Origin: a virus
IMG/VR virus record: IMGVR_UViG_3300030339_000006
DNA: 64,000 bases
Strand: one strand, 5' to 3'
The notes beneath the pieces were generated by a model. The model was not told the DNA's origin and did no database searches. It saw nothing but the letters and a program-made list of their open reading frames with translations. Positions 17,101 through 26,431 of the stretch are shown here, piece by piece. Position 1 is the first letter of the stretch. Each line of letters begins with the position of its first letter. A program made the position numbers and the translations under genes.

Positions 17101-18270
17101 ATGAATGCATTGACTCCCAAAGAGCTCCGTGGGCTGGCGGCTACCTGTGATTCTGACGTCCGCTACCTGACCACCGGACAGTTAATCGATCTGGCCGACA
17201 AGATCGAGAACCTGGAAAAGGCCCTCGTGACGCTGGCTTCCTCTCAAGCAGCGAGAGTGGACCGCGTCCAGCGAGGCCTGGCCCGCATCCTCCTTGAAGT
17301 TGACCAAAGTCTGCCGGCTGCAGAGTACACTCAAGCGGAAGTCCGCTTGGTGGTCGACGCGTTGGATCTAGAACGTAAAAAAGCCCCACCGCACGTAGCA
17401 CGTTCCTTCAGCTTCATCCGTAATGAAACACGTCGTATGAGCACAGAGCATTTCTACAGCCTCGGGGAAATGATGAACGTCTTCGAGCACTTCACCGGCG
17501 GTGGTGACTTCCGCACGATCGACAAGATTCGTGAAGCTCTGGACCACGAGCCCGGCGCCTTCCGTCCTGACGAAATGCGAATGGTCCTCATGGCACTCGA
17601 CCAAGCCAAGTCTCTGTGGCCCGAAGCACCGCGTAGCATCAGTCAGATAATGGAGGAGTGTAAGGAACACCGTCCTGTACAAACCCGCTTCTACTCACGG
17701 GAAGAGATGACCGCCGTCCTCAAGTTCTACCGAGCGTTCGACGGTAAATACACCTCTGCAGAGTCTATACGTGGTGCTCTCTTTAAAGGTGTGGCATGTT
17801 TCGGTCATGAGGAGGTGGCGGGGATTTTTCGTGAATGGGACTTGAAACTCCTGCAATTTGATGAGATCCGCACCCGCCAGTGGGATATGGACACGATCAT
17901 CGAACACCTGGAAGGGTACGACGGCTACTACTCGGCGTCCGAAATGCGTCTGATGGCCAAGGACTGGATGGCAGGCAACAAGCTGCGTGCGTGGGAAACT
18001 GACGGCGAGTGTGTCATGGAAGAAGCCCGTGAAGGGAATGACCGCTTCTACTCGCTGCAGGAAGTTCGTAACCTGTGCGATTACTACGAAGCCCGTTCTC
18101 GTATCCCTCTCATGCTCCGTACTCCAAAGACCACACTCGCGGAGATCATCGAGTTTCATAATCGTCCTTGTGGCAAAGGGATGTACTTCGAGTCGGAAGT
18201 GGCTATTCTCCTGCAGGAGATCAAGACCCGTGACCACAAGCTCTACATCATTTGCACGGCCCTGAAATGA
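17101..18270 (+). CDS. Internal-repeat protein
   Basis: About 9 copies of (F/Y)S..E(M/V)..(V/L). Confidence 0.65.
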   Translation: MNALTPKELRGLAATCDSDVRYLTTGQLIDLADKIENLEKALVTLASSQAARVDRVQRGLARILLEVDQSLPAAEYTQAEVRLVVDALDLERKKAPPHVARSFSFIRNETRRMSTEHFYSLGEMMNVFEHFTGGGDFRTIDKIREALDHEPGAFRPDEMRMVLMALDQAKSLWPEAPRSISQIMEECKEHRPVQTRFYSREEMTAVLKFYRAFDGKYTSAESIRGALFKGVACFGHEEVAGIFREWDLKLLQFDEIRTRQWDMDTIIEHLEGYDGYYSASEMRLMAKDWMAGNKLRAWETDGECVMEEAREGNDRFYSLQEVRNLCDYYEARSRIPLMLRTPKTTLAEIIEFHNRPCGKGMYFESEVAILLQEIKTRDHKLYIICTALK

Positions 18271-18446
18271 AAGGCATCAAAGACTTCGGCCCCTTCTGGG
18301 TAGATGACGATGGCGTCTACCTTAAACCACTGCATTATAAATCGCCGGGATCCTTCCTGATCTCCATGCAATCCGCCCTTAACTTCCTTGAAAGAGAATT
18401 ACCTGATGAATCACAAACAGAAACTTCGCATCCTGACCAAGAATGA
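18267..18446 (+). CDS. Hypothetical protein
   Basis: ATGA overlap with the upstream gene. Confidence 0.4.
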   Translation: MKGIKDFGPFWVDDDGVYLKPLHYKSPGSFLISMQSALNFLERELPDESQTETSHPDQE

Positions 18447-18870
18447 AAACTCCGTCCGTCGTAAACTGGCCGCCGGCTGGAATGCCTTCACGCGGGAAGA
18501 AGTGGAGACCCTACTGGGTTCGCTGCAGATGTCCCGCGAGAAAGCTAACCGTCACCGTTACCGCCTGAACGCCGCCTTCCCGATCCCGTACGGCTGGCAC
18601 GACGAAGACGGTACCTTTGCCCTGTACCCGGAAGAGAAGCCGGCGACGGCTCGCAACGTGTTCGTGAAGCCACCTTCCGTGAACTTCGAAGCCGGCTGGC
18701 GTCTACAGAAAGGCGAGAGTGTTCGTGGCTACGGGCGTACCGCAGAGGGTATGCTGCTTGCCCACCGCCCGAAACCACAATCTCCGAACGACGTGCTGCG
18801 TCACTGCCAGAACGTCATCGACCAACTCCGTCAAATCAAGAAGGCTCGCAATGACAGCATTCTCGGTTAA
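18406..18870 (+). CDS. Hypothetical protein
   Basis: ORF with phage-like codon usage. Confidence 0.55.
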   Translation: MNHKQKLRILTKNENSVRRKLAAGWNAFTREEVETLLGSLQMSREKANRHRYRLNAAFPIPYGWHDEDGTFALYPEEKPATARNVFVKPPSVNFEAGWRLQKGESVRGYGRTAEGMLLAHRPKPQSPNDVLRHCQNVIDQLRQIKKARNDSILG

Positions 18871-19108
18871 CGAAGAGGGTTCCCTGATTTCCCACATCGG
18901 AGACGGGGTGATCCACTTAACAGGTGGTTACCTTGGTAGTGGAGAGAAAGCTCTGGGCTTCTCGGCCGCCACTCGGAAGTATGAACCCGGGGAATCTATC
19001 CCGATCGAGGACCGCACGACGCCGGTCCATATTATGGCCTTCAAAGATGAAGAAGCGATCGACCGCATGATTGCCTATCTCACCAAACTTAAAGGGATGA
19101 ATAAATGA
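18851..19108 (+). CDS. Tandem paralog family A, member 1
   Basis: AF...E.G.....G.G...F.....H.(M/L).F...A.D pattern shared with the next three genes. Confidence 0.65.
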   Translation: MTAFSVNEEGSLISHIGDGVIHLTGGYLGSGEKALGFSAATRKYEPGESIPIEDRTTPVHIMAFKDEEAIDRMIAYLTKLKGMNK

Positions 19109-19392
19109 GTGCATTCACGCTATACGAAGACGGCACCCTTAACACCACTCTGGGTATCGGAGAGGTTGTTATCGGTACCGGAATCCTCCCCGGCGACCAG
19201 GGGTGTATGGGGTTCTACCAACCGAAAGAAAAAGGCACCCCAGGAGAGGTTGCGGATAACGACCGGCTGGGCGCCCTGGTCCACACCCTTACGTTCACGA
19301 GCCTGGCAGCCGTCGATGCAGCGATAACCGACCTGCAACGTATCCGTCGCTTGATGGAGAGCCGTGCTGAACAAAACCTGGAGAAATCATGA
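19105..19392 (+). CDS. Tandem paralog family A, member 2
   Basis: Shared pattern; ATGA overlap. Confidence 0.65.
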   Translation: MSAFTLYEDGTLNTTLGIGEVVIGTGILPGDQGCMGFYQPKEKGTPGEVADNDRLGALVHTLTFTSLAAVDAAITDLQRIRRLMESRAEQNLEKS

Positions 19393-19655
19393 ACGCATTC
19401 ATACGGTTTCCCGATGGGAGCCGAGGAATAGTCCTGGGTACCGGAGACGCTATTGTTGGCACCGGAATGTTTGGGCCACGGACGGGCTGCCTGACTTTCT
19501 TCAAGCCTAACTGCCCTGGCAACTTTAAAGATGAGGTCGCCGACAGCGAGATCGAACGTGCCGTCGTCAACCTGATGTTCACTTCTCCGGAAGCGGTCGA
19601 CGGCCTCATCGAAATGCTTCTCCATGTTAAAAGCACTATGGAGAAGGCAAAATGA
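19389..19655 (+). CDS. Tandem paralog family A, member 3
   Basis: Shared pattern; ATGA overlap. Confidence 0.65.
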   Translation: MNAFIRFPDGSRGIVLGTGDAIVGTGMFGPRTGCLTFFKPNCPGNFKDEVADSEIERAVVNLMFTSPEAVDGLIEMLLHVKSTMEKAK

Positions 19656-19942
19656 CCACCATACTTCAGGAAGCTTTCACGATAGTTTATGAAGACGACG
19701 GCGCCCCTATCCTGGTAACTCAAATGGGTATCGGTAAGGTGGCGGTCGGTTATGGTCACAATCAGGATGATGAAATGACTACGCTGGAATTCTCAGAGAA
19801 GCTCGGAAAGCCGAAGGAAGGTCTGCTGGATGCTGAGGAAATCGGTGGTAGTACGCACATCATCGCTTTCCCGACCCTGGCTTCTTTAAAGAATTTCCAC
19901 CAGAAGATCGGTGACCTGATCGACAGGGTTTCAGAGGTATAA
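19652..19942 (+). CDS. Tandem paralog family A, member 4
   Basis: Shared pattern; ATGA overlap. Confidence 0.65.
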   Translation: MTTILQEAFTIVYEDDGAPILVTQMGIGKVAVGYGHNQDDEMTTLEFSEKLGKPKEGLLDAEEIGGSTHIIAFPTLASLKNFHQKIGDLIDRVSEV

Positions 19943-19943
19943 G
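19936..19943 (+). promoter_or_regulatory. GGTATAAG phage promoter-like motif
   Basis: Overlaps the upstream TAA; precedes the KilA-N and polymerase N-half genes. Confidence 0.55.
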
Positions 19944-19944
19944 T

Positions 19945-20436
19945 ATGTTAGTCATCTTGGGAAAAGCCATTGAAGAAGATAACGGGTGGTTCCGACTGCA
20001 CGATGTTTTCTTGGTAAGCGACAGACCTGACTATCTGGCACCGTCCGCGTGGGCGGTGTCACGCAGCTTTAAATTCCTTACCGATAAGCAAAAAGGGCGT
20101 GTGCGGAAAATCGGGGATTATGGTACAATCTGGGTCCGGATTGATATCATCCCGATCTACGCAAAGTGGATATCGATCCATTTCAAACGCAAAGTAGAAG
20201 AGGCGATACATGGCTATAAACTCATCAAAGCTTCGTTCGCGGGCTCCTGCTCGAGTGGCCGAAACGGTAACTCCGAAACCTCGAGTCTCGAAGGGTCCCG
20301 CGAAGCTGAAAATCAAAGACATGACGCTCGATCAGCTCTACGAACAAGAGAAGATTACCCCCAGTGTCAAGACGGCTATCTTGGAGAAAGAAGACTTCTC
20401 CCAGATCCAACCTCGCTACTGCGAGAAGGTGTGTAA
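19945..20436 (+). CDS. KilA-N-like DNA-binding protein
   Basis: F.L.D......P..W, GT.WV......YAKWIS..F; 3' end overlaps the polymerase gene. Confidence 0.55.
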   Translation: MLVILGKAIEEDNGWFRLHDVFLVSDRPDYLAPSAWAVSRSFKFLTDKQKGRVRKIGDYGTIWVRIDIIPIYAKWISIHFKRKVEEAIHGYKLIKASFAGSCSSGRNGNSETSSLEGSREAENQRHDARSALRTREDYPQCQDGYLGERRLLPDPTSLLREGV

Positions 20437-21607
20437 GTTACCCTGTGAGATGAAGCATCACAGACTGGCCGGTCAGAACTATAACCGTGCCGACGTGGTG
20501 ATCATCCAGGACCACCGTGCCGGTCCGGACGGGTGGAAGACGGCAGGGCAGGTCAATCGGTTGCAGGAGACGCAGATCCACACGCTCGCCCGCAACGCCT
20601 TCCCTGACTCTAGCTTCAAAGTGCTCAATCTGGTGAAGTGTCCGAACCTCGACGGTGACGACCCGGATACCCAGAGGAAGAAGCTGACCGCCACGCAGAT
20701 GATGTCCTGTGCACCCTATCTGTGGAGTGAGCTGCGAGAAACGAAACCGAAGGTGATCATCTCCCTGTCTACGGAGGTGACCAAGTCTCTAGGCCTGACG
20801 CAGTCGAACTACAACAACCGGGGCGAGTTCGTTTACTCTAACCTGGATGCTCTCCCTGCGACGCCGGTCGTGATCACTCTGCACCCTCGCGTGCTGAACA
20901 TGTTGCGACAGAACGCCAGCGGGAAGATGTACGGTGCGGACTACACCAGCGTCATTCAGCGGGATTTCGGCAAAGCGACACTGATCATGAAGAACCCCGT
21001 CCCAATCGGTGGCCTTCACGAACGTATCGCTCAGATCATTTCCGATCAGGTCTTTGTAACGACGACGCTGCAGGAAGTGAAGGATGCCATGGAGGATATC
21101 CTCCGACTGCCATCCACCTTCGTAATCTCCTGGGACTTGGAGACGACGAGCCTGGACCCGTGGGCGCCGGATGCCCGCATCCTGACCTGTCAGTTCGGTT
21201 ACCGTCGTCCCGACGGGAAGATCCAAGCGATCGTCATCCCACTCTGGCATCGCAATCAAACGTTCTATGATGCCGATGAAGCGTGGGCCCTGGTCGTTCC
21301 GGTGTTACTCTCCCAGTACGCCAAGGTCGGTCACAACGTGAAGTTTGACATCAAGTACTGTGCAGTCACCACCGGTGTCCGTGTGGTCAACGTGAAGTTC
21401 GACACGATGTTGATGCTCCACTCGTTGAACTCTGGGATCGTTGGGTGCTATGGCTTGAAAGCCGGTGCGTGGGATTATCTCCCGATGCTCGGCCTGGGCG
21501 GTTACGAAGAATTACTCGATGAAACACTCGACGCCGAAGAAATGAAGCGTCTCATTAAGCTTGAGAAAGGGGATACCAATGAAGATGACGAAGAATCTGA
21601 TGATTAA
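20210..21607 (+). CDS. DNA polymerase N-terminal subunit: UDG-like domain plus ExoI/ExoII of the 3'-5' exonuclease
   Basis: C..C..C, NLVKCP, SCAPYL.EL..KPKVII, TLHP (family-4 UDG fold); SWDLETT (ExoI); GHNVKFD (ExoII); FDTML; no ExoIII. Confidence 0.85.
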   Translation: MAINSSKLRSRAPARVAETVTPKPRVSKGPAKLKIKDMTLDQLYEQEKITPSVKTAILEKEDFSQIQPRYCEKVCKLPCEMKHHRLAGQNYNRADVVIIQDHRAGPDGWKTAGQVNRLQETQIHTLARNAFPDSSFKVLNLVKCPNLDGDDPDTQRKKLTATQMMSCAPYLWSELRETKPKVIISLSTEVTKSLGLTQSNYNNRGEFVYSNLDALPATPVVITLHPRVLNMLRQNASGKMYGADYTSVIQRDFGKATLIMKNPVPIGGLHERIAQIISDQVFVTTTLQEVKDAMEDILRLPSTFVISWDLETTSLDPWAPDARILTCQFGYRRPDGKIQAIVIPLWHRNQTFYDADEAWALVVPVLLSQYAKVGHNVKFDIKYCAVTTGVRVVNVKFDTMLMLHSLNSGIVGCYGLKAGAWDYLPMLGLGGYEELLDETLDAEEMKRLIKLEKGDTNEDDEESDD

Positions 21608-22214
21608 CGGCCGTTCCATCCGCTACGACCGCGGGTGTTATTGCTTGGAAGATATGTATAACGCTTACTTCTGCCCGCCTCCTAAGATACGGGTCTGGGT
21701 TGAGCAACAGGGTATTAAGGATCGCGTAGTGTGCAAGGGATTCATGATCAAGACCACCTGGGCTGCCCTTCCGGACGTGATCGCGTACGCGGACCACCTG
21801 GGCATCGGTGACTCTGTCCGTAAGCAATTCGGCATGAAGACGCTGGCAGAACAGAAGGCAGAGCGGGAACGCGTTAATGTAGTGACTCGTCGAGAAACGC
21901 AGCGGGACACCCCTCCTGACGACCCACTGTTGAACGCAGCGATGTTTGGTGTCATTCTGAACGATCCAAGTCCGGTTCGTATCATCCAAAATGACCCTAT
22001 CCCGACGCATCGTCACGATAACCACAGCACCAATCATCGTGATACCGACTTCAGCCGTCACTCCGCCAGCGAGACGTATAGCTCTAAAGGTTACGAGTCT
22101 CACTCGAATCACAACCACGGGTCTAGCCATTCCCATGACCACAGCTCCCACTCCAGTCACGACCACGGGTCTAGCTACGACAGCTCTTCCCCTTCAGGTG
22201 GAGATTCATGGTAA
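21579..22214 (+). CDS. KilA-N-like protein with His/Ser-rich tail
   Basis: INGRSIR...YCLEDM, TWA..DVIAYA; C-terminal HSNHNHGSSHSHDHSSH. Confidence 0.55.
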   Translation: MKMTKNLMINGRSIRYDRGCYCLEDMYNAYFCPPPKIRVWVEQQGIKDRVVCKGFMIKTTWAALPDVIAYADHLGIGDSVRKQFGMKTLAEQKAERERVNVVTRRETQRDTPPDDPLLNAAMFGVILNDPSPVRIIQNDPIPTHRHDNHSTNHRDTDFSRHSASETYSSKGYESHSNHNHGSSHSHDHSSHSSHDHGSSYDSSSPSGGDSW

Positions 22215-22534
22215 GACTGTGGGAGATCTTCCTCGGTTGGTATCATCTCAACGATGATCGTAACCTTCTCGAAGAGATGATCATGTGGTATGCCCTAAAG
22301 CGTAAGCCGATACGGTGTGTACCCATTGTCGTTAACGGGACGGTCATCTACACGTTGATCGCTTCGGATCTCCGTCACCACCCGCGAGTTGTCTGCCGCT
22401 CGCGGAGTGTCTACGGGTCGTTCTTGAAGTTCAGTGAGATCGATGCCTTCGTCGTGGGCGGGAAGCGTTACCCCGCTCGATTACTTCCCCTTTATATCAA
22501 AGTGGGTCTCTATCGTGTATCCAGAGAACTATAA
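22208..22534 (+). CDS. Hypothetical protein
   Basis: GGAG RBS. Confidence 0.45.
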   Translation: MVRLWEIFLGWYHLNDDRNLLEEMIMWYALKRKPIRCVPIVVNGTVIYTLIASDLRHHPRVVCRSRSVYGSFLKFSEIDAFVVGGKRYPARLLPLYIKVGLYRVSREL

Positions 22535-23249
22535 GGGTCACCCGCAGCTCGTCAAGGACGACGAGAACGGTCTACCCCTACTCGAACTCGGTAAGTTTTA
22601 CAAAAAGATTGCTTCCACACACCTCAGTGAAGACAATTGGTGTCTGAAGCAAACCTGGCAGCGTCACCCCCCGTTCCTTTTCATCGGCCGAGATCCCGGT
22701 AGCAGCAAGCAATGCTATCCCGGACTATCGGAATCATCATTCCCCTCGATGTTTCCGTACTTCGGCTTTTGCTGTCACTGGTTTGGTAAACGCTATTCTG
22801 ACCACCAAGCCAACTACATCCTGGAACTCTTGCCAGAGGAACAGGAAATCTTCACCCGGTTCTACAAACGGATCAACCAAGACCGTCACCCGAACGACTT
22901 CAAAGCGGAAAGGGTGAAGTCTCGTGAGGATGGTAAACCCGATCTGAAACCCGGAGAGATCTACTTCGTCAGAAGTACCGGTAACTGCAAAGGTCCAACG
23001 GGCTATCAAAGGGCCTCCCTGAGAGGGGACTCGATTTGGCTGTCTGAGCTCACCTGGTATAAGATAGGCGGCCACAATTTTGCAGGTAGCTACGTGACTT
23101 TTGATGGTGATCATGAAGTCTACCGTCCTCCACTATGGGTTCGCCACGCGTACCACCATCTGGCTAAAGATCTTCTGGCAGCAAACACCCCACACAAACT
23201 TAGCTGGGCCTACTACAAGGTATGGTCCTTTGAGGAAGGAAAGTTATGA
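22434..23249 (+). CDS. Hypothetical protein (true start probably further downstream)
   Basis: Long ORF, ATGA-coupled to the next gene. Confidence 0.5.
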   Translation: MRSMPSSWAGSVTPLDYFPFISKWVSIVYPENYKGHPQLVKDDENGLPLLELGKFYKKIASTHLSEDNWCLKQTWQRHPPFLFIGRDPGSSKQCYPGLSESSFPSMFPYFGFCCHWFGKRYSDHQANYILELLPEEQEIFTRFYKRINQDRHPNDFKAERVKSREDGKPDLKPGEIYFVRSTGNCKGPTGYQRASLRGDSIWLSELTWYKIGGHNFAGSYVTFDGDHEVYRPPLWVRHAYHHLAKDLLAANTPHKLSWAYYKVWSFEEGKL

Positions 23250-23836
23250 AATTCTTAATGCCTGTTGAAGTTGCAGTCAATCTAATCACCGAGGTGCGGG
23301 ACGGGGAGTTCTCCATCGGTGGACCCCGCATCAAGTGGACGGGGGATACCCCTTCGGTAGGGGATTACCTCGTGACCGGCGACGGTGTCTATGAAGTGTG
23401 GACCGAGAAGTGCTTCGATGCGAATAAAGCTTCGATGATAGCATCCTTCGGTCCCGGTTTGACCCTGGATGATGAAGGCTGGAAGGCTCCGTATCTCGAG
23501 CTGAGGGCGATCGATCGGGAAACCGCTATCGACTACTTGGACGGGGATATCCCGCTCGAATATACCCTCCTCAAGGATACCGGCTGGGAAGATGAAGGCA
23601 AGCAGGATATCCGTGCCATCTACCTCCGCCACGATAACACCAACAGTAATTTCATTCTGGCCTACTCCCGTGAGGGTGATCCGTGGTCTGGCTACCGGAC
23701 GACCTTCGACGGCGTCGGTATGGTTGCCGCAGTGCCGAAAGTCACCTATGACTTCGAAGAATACTCCGGTTGGGACGTTCGTATTCAGAGCCTGGTCAAT
23801 CCAGGACCGGAGGTACCGCCATGCAAACCCGAGTAG
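23246..23836 (+). CDS. Hypothetical protein
   Basis: GAGG RBS; P.VGDYLV..DG.Y motif. Confidence 0.55.
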   Translation: MKFLMPVEVAVNLITEVRDGEFSIGGPRIKWTGDTPSVGDYLVTGDGVYEVWTEKCFDANKASMIASFGPGLTLDDEGWKAPYLELRAIDRETAIDYLDGDIPLEYTLLKDTGWEDEGKQDIRAIYLRHDNTNSNFILAYSREGDPWSGYRTTFDGVGMVAAVPKVTYDFEEYSGWDVRIQSLVNPGPEVPPCKPE

Positions 23837-24099
23837 TCAATAAGTTCAAAGAACCCTACGGGGTATACATCGGTCGAGGCTCGGAATGGGGTAATCCATT
23901 TACCGTTGAAGATCACGGCCGGGAAGAGGCCATTCGTTTATACGAAAAGTATATGCGGGAGCGTCTCTCCAAAGAACCCGGCTTGGTTATCCAGCTGCTC
24001 AAACTCCGAGGCAAAGTTCTCGGGTGTTTCTGCCATCCTAAACCCTGCCATGGTGACGTACTGATTACCTTAATCGAGGAATACTATGCGGTATCGTAG
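23821..24099 (+). CDS. DUF4326 protein
   Basis: VYIGRGSEWGNPF, LRGKVLGCFCHPKPCHGDVL. Confidence 0.85.
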   Translation: MQTRVVNKFKEPYGVYIGRGSEWGNPFTVEDHGREEAIRLYEKYMRERLSKEPGLVIQLLKLRGKVLGCFCHPKPCHGDVLITLIEEYYAVS

Positions 24100-24301
24100 A
24101 GTAACGCGGATTGATGCCGACGGGACTTACGGCAGCCAGTATTACTTCGAAGATCTGGAAGAACTGCCCGAAGGTTACAAACTGGCTACGATCGGTCCGA
24201 TGGAAATCGGTGACATCGAAGAGCAGGGCGACCACGGTTACTTTATGGGGATTTATCGTCATGTTGACCGCAATAAAGTGGTGAAAAAAGAAGACAACTA
24301 G
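24086..24301 (+). CDS. Hypothetical protein
   Basis: GAGG RBS. Confidence 0.5.
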   Translation: MRYRRVTRIDADGTYGSQYYFEDLEELPEGYKLATIGPMEIGDIEEQGDHGYFMGIYRHVDRNKVVKKEDN

Positions 24302-24363
24302 TCTATACTCAATGGGTGTTCGGAGGTCCGACGCCCCTTTACCTCGCTTAGGAGAGCCTTGCG

Positions 24364-25590
24364 ATGAAGAAATTAGCAGTCATTATCGGCCGTATGCAGT
24401 TCCTGCACAATGGTCACACCCACCTGTTCCGTGAAGCGCTGAAACGTGCTGAGAACGTCCTCGTCCTGATCGGTTCCGCCGATAAAGCCCCAGACCCAAA
24501 GAATCCGTTCTCGTACGCTCAACGTGAAGCGATCGTGCACAAAGTCTTCAGTGACATGCCCGGTAGCCCAACCGTTTGGGTTGCTCCACTGCCCGATCAC
24601 TACCTGGATGAAGTCTGGGCGTCCGGCGTCATGCAGGCCGTCGAGCGTTACTCGCTGGACTCCATGCCGGAGACCGGCTACTTGGTTCGCGATGAAGATG
24701 TCGTTCTGGTCGGTCACGAGAAGGATGAATCTTCGTACTACCTGAAGATGTTCCCACAGTGGGACTTCTACAACGCTCCGAATGAACGTAACCTGTCGGC
24801 CACCGATTTCCGTCACGACCTATTCGCCCGCATCCCAGCTATCGATATTGGTTTCCCTGCTCGTCTCCGCGTGATGATGGAGCAGTTCGACAAGAAGGAC
24901 GCCGGTTCGTTCACCAGTGACGTGATCCGACTGTTGACCGAGAAGTATCCGACCCTGGGGATTCACTTTATTCCGAACACCAACGCCCGTGCTCTGATGG
25001 AACCGTTGGACATGACCCACCTGAAGCTGAACTCGCCGCCGGCCATGCATGAATTCGTTGAGATGTACATCCACTCGCCGGAATACCAAGCGATGCTCGG
25101 TGAGCAGAACGGTTACGACACCAACAAGCTCACCTGGGATATGGCCCCGTACGAAAACATCTTCGTGACTACTGACGCCGTCGTGACCCACAAGTCTTCT
25201 ATCCTGATGATTCGCCGTAAGAACTCTCCGGGCCGTGGCCTGTGGGCGTTACCTGGCGGGTTCCTGGGGCCGAAGCAGTGGATCCGCGATTCCATCATCC
25301 GTGAACTCCGTGAGGAAACCCGAATTGCCGTCCCTAATGAAGATCTTCTGCGAATCATGCAACCGATTCAAGTCTTCGATAACCCGTCTCGATCACTGCG
25401 TGGCCGCACCATTACGCATGCTGCTCGCTTTAATCTCGATCACCTGGGCATTGAACGTCCGAAAGTCCGGGCCGACGATGATGCCGACGCCGTTCGCTGG
25501 TTCTCCTTCGCGGAAATCCAACGGGCCGACGCCGAACTCTTCGAAGATCACGCTGAAATCATCAAACGTCTGGTCTTCTCCCGTGGCTAA
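24364..25590 (+). CDS. nadM: Bifunctional NMN adenylyltransferase / ADP-ribose pyrophosphatase (NadM-Nudix, NatV-like)
   Basis: IGRMQFLHNGH, GSA...KNPF, GH.KD.SSYYL, SATD.R; Nudix box WALPGGF...RELREET; FEDH. Confidence 0.93.
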   Translation: MKKLAVIIGRMQFLHNGHTHLFREALKRAENVLVLIGSADKAPDPKNPFSYAQREAIVHKVFSDMPGSPTVWVAPLPDHYLDEVWASGVMQAVERYSLDSMPETGYLVRDEDVVLVGHEKDESSYYLKMFPQWDFYNAPNERNLSATDFRHDLFARIPAIDIGFPARLRVMMEQFDKKDAGSFTSDVIRLLTEKYPTLGIHFIPNTNARALMEPLDMTHLKLNSPPAMHEFVEMYIHSPEYQAMLGEQNGYDTNKLTWDMAPYENIFVTTDAVVTHKSSILMIRRKNSPGRGLWALPGGFLGPKQWIRDSIIRELREETRIAVPNEDLLRIMQPIQVFDNPSRSLRGRTITHAARFNLDHLGIERPKVRADDDADAVRWFSFAEIQRADAELFEDHAEIIKRLVFSRG

Positions 25591-25831
25591 TAACTTCCGG
25601 AAGGGTCGCTTGGCTTTTCACTGTGATAACTACCCGGAGGATAACCCCTACGTCGCGGGGACTCCAGAGGCACAGGAGTGGGATGACGGGTGGTTGGATG
25701 CTTACGACGATTACTCAGAAGCTCGAGCCATGCAGCATGACACCTTCGGTCAGTCCGCTGCCATCACAATCTTCGGGGTGCTGGCAGTATTGGCTATCGG
25801 AGCGATCTATGTTTCACTTAAGGGGGCTTGA
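25583..25831 (+). CDS. Rmf/CrpP-like domain fused to a C-terminal transmembrane helix
   Basis: F.KG..A.......NPY........W..GW..A; GTG start overlapping the nadM stop. Confidence 0.5.
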   Translation: MANNFRKGRLAFHCDNYPEDNPYVAGTPEAQEWDDGWLDAYDDYSEARAMQHDTFGQSAAITIFGVLAVLAIGAIYVSLKGA

Positions 25832-26328
25832 TGTATAAGTACATAATCGGTGCTCTCGGGGCCGGCGTGATCATGGCCCTGATGTACAACTGGGGTTACT
25901 CCAGCGGTGCAGACTCGGTGAAGACGAAGAATCTCACCACCACCGTCGTTCAAACTGGGGAAGCCCGGAAGATCGAACAGGGGATTGTCGCCAAGCAATC
26001 CGACCTCGACCTTAACTATCAGAAAGGTGCAATCGATGCCAGTAAAAGTACGCAAGTGCTCGTGGATTCTCTGCTTAATGGTTCTGTCCGGATGTCAGTC
26101 CCAAGTCCTGCCGCCACCACCGTGCCCGGTGATACCACCTCCACCAGCAAGCGTCATGATCAAACGTCCTGCGAACTTCCAGGAAAGACTGCAGCAGATC
26201 TTGCCCGTCTCGCAGCTGACGCTGACGCAAACACTCGACAACTCGGTCTCTGCCAAGACGTCATCGATGCCTACCAAGCCTTGATGCCGAAGTGGGCTGC
26301 TCCACAAACGACGCATTTAGCACCGTAA
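25831..26328 (+). CDS. Rz: Inner-membrane spanin (Rz)
   Basis: N-terminal TM, coiled coil, G..R.SV, EL...A..L..L...D....QL..CQ. Confidence 0.8.
   Translation: MYKYIIGALGAGVIMALMYNWGYSSGADSVKTKNLTTTVVQTGEARKIEQGIVAKQSDLDLNYQKGAIDASKSTQVLVDSLLNGSVRMSVPSPAATTVPGDTTSTSKRHDQTSCELPGKTAADLARLAADADANTRQLGLCQDVIDAYQALMPKWAAPQTTHLAP
26036..26284 (+). CDS. Rz1: Outer-membrane lipoprotein spanin (Rz1), embedded in Rz in the +1 frame
   Basis: Signal peptide with lipobox LSGC, Pro-rich PPPPCPVIPPPP; AAAGGT RBS. Confidence 0.8.
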   Translation: MPVKVRKCSWILCLMVLSGCQSQVLPPPPCPVIPPPPASVMIKRPANFQERLQQILPVSQLTLTQTLDNSVSAKTSSMPTKP

Positions 26329-26431
26329 AGTATCATATATGAACCTTTAGGGGTCAAAAGGGCCCCTAAAGGTCTAGATAATGTCTTTTAACGATAGAAA
26401 GTGTCAGAGATGACACTTTTGAGGATAAATT

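Noticed and set aside
23246-23836. Tad2-like anti-Thoeris sponge
   Set aside because: Only a short P.VGDYLV..DG.Y resemblance; not enough to assign.
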